Origin: an uncultured delta proteobacterium
GTDB taxonomy: Bacteria > Myxococcota > Myxococcia > Myxococcales > Myxococcaceae
Assembly (NCBI GenBank): GCA_963796055.1
Contig: CAWCKH010000004.1
Location: forward strand, 2,240,001-2,304,000
Length of the DNA stretch: 64,000 bases
Direction of reading: 5' to 3'
The translations under genes were made by a program, and so were the position numbers. Below, one piece after another: positions 1 through 7,932 of the stretch. The notes beneath the pieces were generated by a model. It was not told where the DNA came from. It saw nothing but the letters and a program-made list of their open reading frames with translations, and did no database searches. Position 1 is the first letter of the stretch. Each line of letters starts with the position of its first letter.

Positions 1-213
1 GCTCGGTCCCTCGCTGCCGTCCATGTTCAGCGGCAGTCCCACCACCACGTGCTCCACGCTGTGGTGCTCCGCCAGTCGCCGGAGCTCGGTCAGGTCGGCG
101 CGGAGGTTCGTCCGGCGCAAGGTGGTGACCGGCTGCGCGGTGAGCCCGAGCGGATCGGACACGGCCACCCCGACCGTCTTCGTCCCCACGTCCAGCCCGA
201 AGCTCCGCCTCAT
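1..213 (-). CDS. ruvX: Holliday junction resolvase RuvX / YqgF (5' part; runs off the window)
   Basis: Manual translation from ATG at 213: MRRSFGLDVGTKTVGVAVSDPLG...VVVGLPLNMDGSEG, the YqgF GLDxG and VVGLPxxMDG motifs. Confidence 0.92.
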   Translation of the reverse strand, partial: MRRSFGLDVGTKTVGVAVSDPLGLTAQPVTTLRRTNLRADLTELRRLAEHHSVEHVVVGLPLNMDGSEGPS

Positions 214-313
214 CGCCGGGCAACCATACCAGCCCGGGGCCGGCGTCCCGCCGCACGGACCCGGGCCGTCCTGTCGGAGGGACGCCCGCGCGCCGTTCCC
301 GGGGGAGGCTTCC

Positions 314-329
314 CGGCACTCTTCTTGTA
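314..329 (+). promoter_or_regulatory. Possible sigma54 -24/-12 promoter for the 375 ORF
   Basis: CGGCACTCTTCTTGTA has GG-N10-GT, close to TGGCAC-N5-TTGC but with a mismatch at the -12 C. It lies about 45 bp before the ATG. Confidence 0.3.
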
Positions 330-374
330 CCGCCCCGCCGGGCGCCCGGTCTGCCAGCCCGGGAAGGGGGACGG

Positions 375-2135
375 ATGGGATTCTTCGACTTCATCGGGGA
401 TGCGCTCGGGGCCATCGCGGCGCCGTTCACTGCGGTCATCGACGCCGGTACGAAGCTGCTCGGCCTCCCGCCGGCGATCGGCGACGCGCTGAAGATCGCG
501 GTGGGCGCAGCGACCGGGGACTTCGTCACCCTGATGCAGGGCAGCACCCAGCTGCTGAAGGACCTCGCCAGCAGTGCCGCGGAGACCGAGTACGCCCCAC
601 CCACGGACGAGGCCTATGGTGGAACGGACGGCTGGGCGCCGGCGGCCTCCCTGAAGGCGAACGCCCCGGCGGACGACCCGGATGCGGTCGACGCCTCCGA
701 GGACGCGGTGACCTCGGCTGCCGTGCCGGACGATCCGGCGATCACCCTGGCCTCGGGCGCCGACCAGGACCCCGAGGAGGCCCGCGCCCTGGACACGCTC
801 GGCAAGAACTTTGACGCGCTGAACCGCGACCACGGCCCGCTGAGGCTGCTGGAGAACAAGGTCATCACCGAGCAGGAGCTGCGCGAGACGGCAGACGATC
901 CCGATGCGCCGCTCGAGCTCAAGCGCGCGGCCCGCTACATCCTGGACCATCCCGACCTCATGGAGCGGCTGTCGCGCTCGAAGGACCGGGACCAGACCGG
1001 CATCTCCCGCAGCGACATCGACCTGGTCCGGGAGCAGAGCCAGACTGGCGGAAGCGCCGACGGGGCAAGCGCCGCACTGGCCGCCGCCGGGTCGGAGGTG
1101 GAGCCCACCGGGGCGAGCGATCTGGACCCGGAGGAGGAACGGGCGCTGGACACCCTGAGGCGGAGCTTCGACGCACTGAACCGCGATCACGGCTTCCTCG
1201 GCGCCTTCGGCGACAAGGTCATCACCGAGAAGGAGCTGCGGGAGACCGCCGAGGATCCCGAGGCGCCGCTCGAGCTGAAGCGCGCCGCCCGGTACATCCT
1301 GGATCACCCCGATCTTCAAGAAAGGCTGTCGCGGTCGAGGGACGGCGACGATCAGGGCATTGCCCGGGGAGACATCGACCTCGCCGCTGAGGAGAGCCCG
1401 ACCGACGCGGGTGGAACCTCCGCAGTCGCCGGGGCCGACGCGCTCTCGTCCCTCCAGACCCTCCTGGTGAACTTCGACACCCTCAACAGACCGGTGAGCT
1501 GGTTGCCGGGCCTCGACAAGGTCCTGACCCACGAGGAGCTGGAGCGCGCGGCGAGCGCGCCCGAGACCTCTCCGGCGCTGAAGCGGTCGCTGCGTTACGT
1601 GCTCGACCATCCCAGTCTGCTGAGCAAGCTCTCGCGCTCGACCGGGGTGCTCGGCCAGGGCATGTCCCGGAGCGATCTCGAGCTCGGCATCGAGGACGCC
1701 CGAAGGGCGACCGCTGGGACCGGAACGAAGACGAGCAGCTCGCCGGCGCCGAAGCCGGCGGCCACCGCCAGCAGCAGCGGGACCACCACCAAGTCCTCGA
1801 GCAGCTCCACCAGCCCCGACCCGTCGATCAAGGACATCCTCAACGACAAGAGCCTGAGCCTGGAGGAGAAGATCGAGATGATCCTCATGGTCCTCGAGAA
1901 CCGGGTGGACGATCAGATGCTCACCGTCACCCAGCAGATGGACCAGAACGACGACAAGAAGACCGCCAAGGACGACCGGAAGAAGGTCACCCAGCTCGAC
2001 AAGGTCGACCGCGATCTGAACTTCAAGATGGAGCGGCTGATGAAGCGCAAGGAGCAGCTCTCGAACCTCCTGTCGACGATGGAGATGAAGTTCGCATCGA
2101 TGGCCCAGACCGCCATCGCCAACATGGGACGCTGA
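375..2135 (+). CDS. Hypothetical secreted-type protein with three internal repeats and a coiled-coil C-terminus; T3SS translocator/needle-associated-like
   Basis: 586 aa ORF with a purine-rich RBS (GGAAGGGGG) and GC3-biased codons. Hydrophobic Gly/Ala N-terminus, repeats of NFDxLNR...LKRxxRYxLDHP...GISRxDxDL, and a tail ending LSNLLSTMEMKFASMAQTAIANMGR. The CDS is solid; the function is inferred. Confidence 0.75.
   Translation: MGFFDFIGDALGAIAAPFTAVIDAGTKLLGLPPAIGDALKIAVGAATGDFVTLMQGSTQLLKDLASSAAETEYAPPTDEAYGGTDGWAPAASLKANAPADDPDAVDASEDAVTSAAVPDDPAITLASGADQDPEEARALDTLGKNFDALNRDHGPLRLLENKVITEQELRETADDPDAPLELKRAARYILDHPDLMERLSRSKDRDQTGISRSDIDLVREQSQTGGSADGASAALAAAGSEVEPTGASDLDPEEERALDTLRRSFDALNRDHGFLGAFGDKVITEKELRETAEDPEAPLELKRAARYILDHPDLQERLSRSRDGDDQGIARGDIDLAAEESPTDAGGTSAVAGADALSSLQTLLVNFDTLNRPVSWLPGLDKVLTHEELERAASAPETSPALKRSLRYVLDHPSLLSKLSRSTGVLGQGMSRSDLELGIEDARRATAGTGTKTSSSPAPKPAATASSSGTTTKSSSSSTSPDPSIKDILNDKSLSLEEKIEMILMVLENRVDDQMLTVTQQMDQNDDKKTAKDDRKKVTQLDKVDRDLNFKMERLMKRKEQLSNLLSTMEMKFASMAQTAIANMGR
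762..1686 (+). repeat. Three intragenic domain repeats of about 85-90 aa (about 762-1026, 1119-1383, 1437-1686)
   Basis: Copies 1 and 2 are near-identical (DPEExRALDTL..FDALNRDHG...KVITExELRETAxDPxAPLELKRAARYILDHPDL.ERLSRS) with a 357-nt period. Copy 3 is diverged. Confidence 0.9.
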
Positions 2136-2137
2136 GC

Positions 2138-2608
2138 ATGCGACGCAACGATCGAGAGAAGCTGCTGGCCTTCGCCCGGGGCGAGGCCACCTGGGCCGAG
2201 GTGGAAGGCATCACCGCCGCGGACGCCGGGCGCATGGCCCGGACCGGGGTGGAGCTGGCGCAGGCCGGGCGGCTCCGCGAGGCGGCGCTGGTCTTCGAGG
2301 CGATGGCGGAGATCAACCCGAAGGACGCGGGCGCGCACGCCGCGCTGGGCACCGTGTACCAGAAGCTGGGCCGCACCGAGGACGCGCTGGCCGCCTACAG
2401 CGAGGCGCTGGCCCGCGACCCGGCGCATCCGGTCGCGCTCGGCAACCGGGGCGAGCTGCTGCTACGGCTCGGCCGCCGCGAGGGGTTCGGCGACGTGGCC
2501 GCGGCGGTGGCGGCAGATCCGGAGGGGAAGACCGCCGCCGGACGGCGCGCGGCGCGGCTGGCGAAGGCCATCACCGCGGACGCGGTGGCGCGCCTCGGGC
2601 TCCAGTGA
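2138..2608 (+). CDS. Small TPR protein resembling SycD/LcrH class II T3SS chaperones
   Basis: 156 aa with about 3 TPRs (INPKDAGAHAALGTVYQKLGRTEDALAAYSEALARDP). Starts 2 nt after the upstream stop. Confidence 0.75.
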   Translation: MRRNDREKLLAFARGEATWAEVEGITAADAGRMARTGVELAQAGRLREAALVFEAMAEINPKDAGAHAALGTVYQKLGRTEDALAAYSEALARDPAHPVALGNRGELLLRLGRREGFGDVAAAVAADPEGKTAAGRRAARLAKAITADAVARLGLQ

Positions 2609-2659
2609 AGCGGGGAGGCCGCCGGAGCGCCCGGGGGGGAGCGCTCCGGCGGTTCAGTC

Positions 2660-3856
2660 TCAGCCGCCGGTGTCGGGGCCGGTGCTCTGGGCGGTGCTCG
2701 CCGGAGTCGCCCGGGGCCGGGCGATGCTGCGCCGGCGCGAGGAGGGCTTGCTGGCCGGCTCCGGCGGCGGAGGCGGATCGTCGGGCACGTCGGCCTCGGC
2801 GAGCAGCAGCTGCTTCATCCGCTCCAGGCTCGTCCGCGCCCGGTCGACGAACGGCCCCGCGGTGCCGATGCGCTCCGCCGTGGCCACGGTCGTCTCGTAG
2901 ACCCCGATGGCCTTGGTGAGGAGCACCTTGATTCTCCGCCGAAGCTCCTGCCGGTAGAACTCGGCCTCCTCGGCGTTCAGCTCCCGCGGGGTGGGGGAGT
3001 CGATCATCTGGCGGTGGAGGACCTCGTACAGGCTGCCGATCCGCTCGCCGGCGGCCGTGGCCCAGTAGCCGTTTCCGATCTTGATTGCCCGGAGGTAGTG
3101 GCCCTGCGCCGAGAGCAGCAGCTCGGCCTTGTACTCCAGCGTCTTCGACAGCGCGTCCGCCTTCGCGTCCGGATCGAAGGTCACCCCTTCGCAGTGCAGG
3201 CGGTAGATCTCCCCGAGGAAGAACTGGCCCTGGGCGGTGACGTACTCGTCGGCCGGCTCTCCGAGGTCCGCTGCGGCCTTCGCGTTCGCCAGGGCGGAGC
3301 GGAGCGTCTTCTCGCCCTCGTCCAGGTCGCCGGCGTCCACCTGGCAGATGCCCTGCTGGACCTGGGCCTCGATCCGGCGGGCCACCGGGAGGTCGCTCCG
3401 CGCCGCGATGCGGCCGAGCAGGGTGGCGGCCTCGGGGTAGCGATCCAGGTGGTACAGCGCCTCCGCCTGGTGGAACGCGGCGTCGAGCGCGTCGCCGTTT
3501 CCGAGCGGGTCGGCAATCTCCGAGAAGTGCTGGCGGGCCGCGTCCCAGTTCTCCAGACGCTCCCGCGCCAGGCCGGCGTTGAAGCGCGCCCGGGCCCGGT
3601 GCGAGCTCTCCGGGAAGGCGGTCACCAACCGCTCGAAGCATGCCGCCGCCCGCCCCGGGTCGCCCGCGGCGAAGGCGCTCGAGCCCGCGGCGAAGAGCTC
3701 CTCGTCGTTCATCCTCAAGAGCGCCAGGTCGGCCCGGACCTCCTCCGGAGGCATGGCGATGGTCTCGGTCCTGGAGTCCGCCGATCCAGTGGTGGCGCAC
3801 CGGGTGAGGAGCAGCAGCGGCAGCAGGGCGAGGGCCCGGTGGAACGCGGTGCGCAA
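2660..3856 (-). CDS. TPR-repeat lipoprotein (BamD/YbgF-like)
   Basis: Hydrophobic leader ending in Cys (LLLLTRC); TPRs such as FERLVTAFPESSHRARARFNAG and AQGQFFLGEIY. Confidence 0.8.
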   Translation of the reverse strand: MRTAFHRALALLPLLLLTRCATTGSADSRTETIAMPPEEVRADLALLRMNDEELFAAGSSAFAAGDPGRAAACFERLVTAFPESSHRARARFNAGLARERLENWDAARQHFSEIADPLGNGDALDAAFHQAEALYHLDRYPEAATLLGRIAARSDLPVARRIEAQVQQGICQVDAGDLDEGEKTLRSALANAKAAADLGEPADEYVTAQGQFFLGEIYRLHCEGVTFDPDAKADALSKTLEYKAELLLSAQGHYLRAIKIGNGYWATAAGERIGSLYEVLHRQMIDSPTPRELNAEEAEFYRQELRRRIKVLLTKAIGVYETTVATAERIGTAGPFVDRARTSLERMKQLLLAEADVPDDPPPPPEPASKPSSRRRSIARPRATPASTAQSTGPDTGG

Positions 3857-3893
3857 GGGCAGGGCAGGCGGGCGGGGAGTCGACCTGTGGAGC

Positions 3894-5012
3894 CTACAGG
3901 ATCGCAGCCTCGCCCAGCAGGTAGGACCCTGCCCGCCAGAGTGCGCGCAGGTCGTGGATCTCGCTCGAGAAGCGGGGAACGGCGATGAGCGGCACCGGCG
4001 CGGTGCCCTCGCGGAGGAGGCGGATGCTCACCTGGTCTCGCCCGGCCAGCACCCGGGCCTCGCCGAGCGTCCGGACCAGCACGCCGCGCAGCGGGTCGGA
4101 GAGGCCCTCCAGCTCGGCCTCGGCCGAGGCCGGCGGTTCCTCCTGTACCCGGTTCACCACCAGCCCATCCCGCTGCAGTCCGCGGTCTCCCAGCACCGCG
4201 TGGAAGCGCAGCGCCTCCTCACGCCGCTCGGGCGAGGCCCCTGCCACCAGGAGGAAGCCCGTCTCCGGCGACGAGAGCAGCCCCCGCACCGCCCGCGCCC
4301 GCTCACGGAAGCTCTCGTTCATCCCGCTCACCGCGCCCAGAAAGGCCGCGAGCTCCTCCAGCGTGTCGCCCCCGATGATGCGGCCGATGGTCTTCGCCGC
4401 CACCCCACCTCCCCAGAGCGCCAGCCTCAGAGAGATCCGGCTGGCGCGGAGCGCGGGGTCGAGCAGCCACCGCGCCGCCTCGTTGTCCAGGAAGTCGAGG
4501 ATCCGCGACGGGGCGTCCAGAAAGTCCAGCGCGTGGGCGGTGGGTGGGGTGTCGAGGACGATGAGCTCGACTTGCGACCGCTCGCGCAGCTGCCCCAGCC
4601 GCTCCAGCGCGATGTACTCCTGCGAGCCGGCCAGCGCGGTGGAGAGCGTCTGGTAGAACCGGTTCTGGAGGATGCGCTCCCGCTGTGCCGGCGGGGCCTG
4701 CCGCTGGATCAACTCGTCCCAGCTGGCCTTGAGGTCCAGCATCATCGCCTGCAGCGGCGCCCGCAGCGTGATGCCTGCCCCGCGGAGCACCTCGTCGCTG
4801 ACCTCGGTGGGCGTATTCCCCAGCCAGGTCAGACCGAGCGCGTTGGCCAGCCGGCGCGCCGGATCGATGGTGCAGACCAGCGCGCTGCGCCCCAGCGCCG
4901 CTGCCCGCATCGCCACCGCCGCGGCGAGGGTGGTCTTCCCCACGCCCCCGGCGCCCACGCACACCAGCACCCGCCGACGCCGCAGCACCTCCTCGAGCGA
5001 GGGGCCGCTCAC
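3894..5012 (-). CDS. ArsA/Get3-family ATPase, second subunit
   Basis: GTG start overlapping the upstream stop (GTGA). Motifs VCVGAGGVGKTT, CTIDPARRLANALG and DTPPTAHALDFL. Confidence 0.9.
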   Translation of the reverse strand: MSGPSLEEVLRRRRVLVCVGAGGVGKTTLAAAVAMRAAALGRSALVCTIDPARRLANALGLTWLGNTPTEVSDEVLRGAGITLRAPLQAMMLDLKASWDELIQRQAPPAQRERILQNRFYQTLSTALAGSQEYIALERLGQLRERSQVELIVLDTPPTAHALDFLDAPSRILDFLDNEAARWLLDPALRASRISLRLALWGGGVAAKTIGRIIGGDTLEELAAFLGAVSGMNESFRERARAVRGLLSSPETGFLLVAGASPERREEALRFHAVLGDRGLQRDGLVVNRVQEEPPASAEAELEGLSDPLRGVLVRTLGEARVLAGRDQVSIRLLREGTAPVPLIAVPRFSSEIHDLRALWRAGSYLLGEAAIL

Positions 5013-5908
5013 CGGAGCCCCTCCGCCAGCATGTCGCCGAGCGACACCAGCTCGCCGCGATCCAGCTGGGGAGTCACCAGACGGGGCAGCTGCACCAGCG
5101 GCGCATCGATGGGGCGCAGCCGCTCGGCGGACTCCTCCGTCCGCTGCGCGTCCTCCTCGTAGGCTTCCACCAGCGCGCTCAGGCCGGGACGTCCGGCGAG
5201 GGCGGACCGGTCCGCCGCGCCGAACCGCGACTGCACCGACTGGTTGAGCACCACTGCCCCCACCCGGATCCTCAGCCGGCCACGGAGCGCCTGGGCGAGC
5301 TCCAGCGTCTCGTTCACCGGCAGCTCCTCCGGAAGGCTCACCAGCACCGCGGAAGTCATCACCGGGTCGGTGATGAGGTCGAGCATCCAGCCGGCCTCGG
5401 TGGACATCGGTCCGGAGGGGAGGGCGGAGGTGAGGCTGTGCGGTACGCCGAGCAGGGTGAGCGCGTGCCCGGTGGCGGGGAGGTCCAGGACGATCCGGTC
5501 GAACCCTCCCGGCGCGTCCGGCCACTGGCGGAGATGCCACATCACCTTCCCCAGCATCACCGTCTCGGCCAGCGCGGGGATGAAGCGCAGGAAATAGCGG
5601 ACCATCCGGTTCTCGAACACCGCCCGGTAGACGCGCTCGAGCCGGATCTTCGACAGGACGTACTCGCGCATCGAGGCGTCGGGCTCGAGGTCCACCATGG
5701 AGAGGTTGGGCTCCACCAGGGTCACGTCCGGGCCCACCTCGGGGTGGCCGAGCATCCGGCCCAGGCGCCGGCCGGCATTCACCTCGCAGAGCAGCGTGCG
5801 CAGGCCGGCCGAGGCCAGGCGCAGCGCGAGCGACGCGGCGACGGTGCTCTTGCCCACGCCTCCCTTCCCGGTCACCAGCAGGAGACGCCTGTCGAGCAGA
5901 CCGGACAT
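5009..5908 (-). CDS. ArsA/Get3-family ATPase, first subunit
   Basis: MSGLLDRRLLLVTGKGGVGKST, DLPATGH and PEELPVNET motifs. Confidence 0.9.
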   Translation of the reverse strand: MSGLLDRRLLLVTGKGGVGKSTVAASLALRLASAGLRTLLCEVNAGRRLGRMLGHPEVGPDVTLVEPNLSMVDLEPDASMREYVLSKIRLERVYRAVFENRMVRYFLRFIPALAETVMLGKVMWHLRQWPDAPGGFDRIVLDLPATGHALTLLGVPHSLTSALPSGPMSTEAGWMLDLITDPVMTSAVLVSLPEELPVNETLELAQALRGRLRIRVGAVVLNQSVQSRFGAADRSALAGRPGLSALVEAYEEDAQRTEESAERLRPIDAPLVQLPRLVTPQLDRGELVSLGDMLAEGLR

Positions 5909-5930
5909 GGAGGTCAGGAGGGAGCGCCGG

Positions 5931-5986
5931 ACCGTAGGGAGCACCTCCGCGGCCTGTCAACGGGATGTGCCAGCGTGCTTGACAGG
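5931..5986. promoter_or_regulatory. Back-to-back sigma70-type -35 boxes (inverted repeat CCTGTCAA-N18-TTGACAGG)
   Basis: Minus strand: TTGACA (5960-5955) then N18 then TACGGT (5936-5931), facing the ArsA pair. Plus strand: TTGACA (5979-5984) facing the 6028 ORF, with a weak -10. Confidence 0.55.
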
Positions 5987-6027
5987 TCCGGGCCCGGCTG
6001 CGAAGTCCGGGGCGGACGGAAGGCGCC

Positions 6028-6324
6028 ATGCTGAAGAACAATCCGGTGGTCAAGAAGCTGGTCGAGACGGGCGAGGAGCGGGTCGGGAAGCTCGCCCAGG
6101 CGCTGCTCTCCAACGAGCGCTTCGTGGTGGCGATCCAGAGCCTGATCCAGCGGACGCTGACCGCCAAGGGCCTGCTCGACAAGAGCCTCCGCTCGGCGCT
6201 GGCGGCGATGAACCTCCCCTCCACCGAGGACGTCGAGTCGCTGCGCCGGAAGATCGCCGACCTCGACGCCACCCTCGGCCGGATCGAGTCCAAGCTGGAG
6301 AAGGTTCCGGAGCAGCCTCGCTGA
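6028..6324 (+). CDS. Small coiled-coil protein, phasin/PhaE-C-terminus-like
   Basis: 98 aa. ALAAMNLPSTEDVESLRRKIADLDATL resembles the LNLPTxxDxxxLxxxL motif of granule-associated proteins. Confidence 0.6.
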   Translation: MLKNNPVVKKLVETGEERVGKLAQALLSNERFVVAIQSLIQRTLTAKGLLDKSLRSALAAMNLPSTEDVESLRRKIADLDATLGRIESKLEKVPEQPR

Positions 6325-6337
6325 GCCCCGGCGCGCC

Positions 6338-7108
6338 GTGCGAAGGATCGCCTTCGTCAACGAGAAGGGTGGCACCGGGAAGACCACCCTGGCGGTCCAC
6401 GTCGCCGCGTGGATCGCCCGCTCCCGGAACCTGCGCGTGCTCCTGGTGGACCTGGACACCCAGGGGCACGCCGGGAAGACGCTCGGGCTCGACGTTCGGG
6501 AGATCCAGCCCAACGTCTTTCACTTCCTGACCGACCGCTCCGTCGGGCTGGCCCAGGTGCGCCACGCCACCGAGGTCCCCGGCCTCTCGGTCGTGCCGGC
6601 CTACAAGCAGATGGCCGGCCTGGCCGCGGCGCTCGGCACCTCGACCGATGCGGCGGACCGGCTGCGGGAGCGGCTGGACGAGTTCTCCTCGGAGCAGGAC
6701 GTGGTGGTGCTGGACGGCCCCCCCTCGCTGGGGCTCAGCGTCACGGCGATGCTGCTGGCCGCGACCGAGGTGGTGCTGCCGGTCGCGCTCACCTACCTCG
6801 CGCTCGACGGATGCGCAGAGGTGGCCCGCACGGTGGAGCGGGTCGCGGAGGAGCACCACCGGCCGGGGCTCCGGGTCACCGCGGTGGTGCCGATGATGCA
6901 CCGGCGCACCGCCCTGGCCGAGGCGGTGCGCGAGCGGCTCGAGGCGTACTTCCCGGGACGGGTGACTCCGCCGCTGGGAATCAACGTCGCCATCGACGAG
7001 GCGCAGAGCCACGGGAAGACGGTGTGGGACTACGCGCCCAGGAGCCGCGGGGCGCAGATGATGACCGCGGTCGCCGAGGCGGTGTGGGCTCTCGGCGCCG
7101 GCAGCTAG
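6338..7108 (+). CDS. ParA/Soj-family ATPase
   Basis: Deviant Walker A NEKGGTGKTT, VLLVDLDTQG and DGPPSLG. Confidence 0.92.
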   Translation: MRRIAFVNEKGGTGKTTLAVHVAAWIARSRNLRVLLVDLDTQGHAGKTLGLDVREIQPNVFHFLTDRSVGLAQVRHATEVPGLSVVPAYKQMAGLAAALGTSTDAADRLRERLDEFSSEQDVVVLDGPPSLGLSVTAMLLAATEVVLPVALTYLALDGCAEVARTVERVAEEHHRPGLRVTAVVPMMHRRTALAEAVRERLEAYFPGRVTPPLGINVAIDEAQSHGKTVWDYAPRSRGAQMMTAVAEAVWALGAGS

Positions 7109-7722
7109 GTCCCGTCCTGCGGAGGCGCCGGCTTCTTCTCCAGCCCGTCCAGCCGTCGCTCCAGCTCCTCCAACCGGCGGGAGAGCTGGCCCAGGTCGGA
7201 GCCGAGCGCGGGCAGGTTCCCGGTCACGCTCTCCACCAGCGCCTTCACCCGGTCGTCGGCGCGGCGCTGCCAGTCCTCGATGGTGCGCTGTCCGGCCCGG
7301 AGGAGGTCCTCCTTCAGCTCGCCGGTGCCGCCTTCCTCGCGGCGGAGCAGCCGGTCGAGTCGGGTCTCGGCCTCCTCGCGGATCGAGGCCACCCGCGGGC
7401 TGACCTCCTTCTGGATAAAGCCGGAGAGCGCGTCGCCCGGGCGGCGGATGATCTCCCGCAACACGCTGAGCGGCATCTGGTTCTTCTTCTTCTCCTCCTC
7501 GAAGATGATCTGCGCGAGGGTGACCGAGGTGAGATCGTCCTTGGTGCGGTTGTCGACGATCTTCACCTCCGCGCCCTGCTTGATCATCTCGGCGATCTCG
7601 TCGAGCGTGACGTACCGACTCTCCACGGTGTCGTAGAGCTTCCGGTTCGTGTAGCGCTTGATGACCTTCGGCTCGCGGGGAGCCTCGTCCTGGGGGGGAT
7701 GGAGCTGTTCGGGTTCAGTCAT
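7105..7722 (-). CDS. PhaR-like protein with PHA synthesis regulator DNA-binding domain
   Basis: IKRYTNRKLYDTVESRYVTLDEI...DLTSVTLAQII is the PHB_acc_N signature. Coiled-coil C-terminus. Start taken at MTEPEQ. Confidence 0.88.
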   Translation of the reverse strand: MTEPEQLHPPQDEAPREPKVIKRYTNRKLYDTVESRYVTLDEIAEMIKQGAEVKIVDNRTKDDLTSVTLAQIIFEEEKKKNQMPLSVLREIIRRPGDALSGFIQKEVSPRVASIREEAETRLDRLLRREEGGTGELKEDLLRAGQRTIEDWQRRADDRVKALVESVTGNLPALGSDLGQLSRRLEELERRLDGLEKKPAPPQDGT

Positions 7723-7932
7723 GGATCGTGTGTCGCCGTCGTGAACGGTGGGCCCGCTTCTACCCGGCCATGCCGCGCTGCAGCGCCTCCCTGGAGAGAC
7801 CGCCAGGTTCCGGCTGGATAGCAGCACGGTTTGGCTCGGTGCAACAAGGTGGAGGGGCGGCACCTACACGGGGGGCGGGCGGGCTTCCCCTGGTATTCTC
7901 GCAGGTTCCAGCCCACCTGTGGCTCGACCCCC

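Noticed and set aside
3894..5908. Arsenic resistance operon
   Set aside because: No arsR, arsB/acr3, arsC or arsD; the proteins are single-domain with BagAB-like motifs.
3894..6293. 799-aa ORF as one fused protein
   Set aside because: Only the part from GTG 5012 is ArsA-like. The upstream part is an alternate frame of the first ArsA gene and antisense to the 6028 gene.
7723..7932. Structured ncRNA in the 210-bp divergent intergenic region
   Set aside because: I recognised no tRNA, SRP, 6S or riboswitch motif. An Rfam/Infernal scan would be needed to exclude one.
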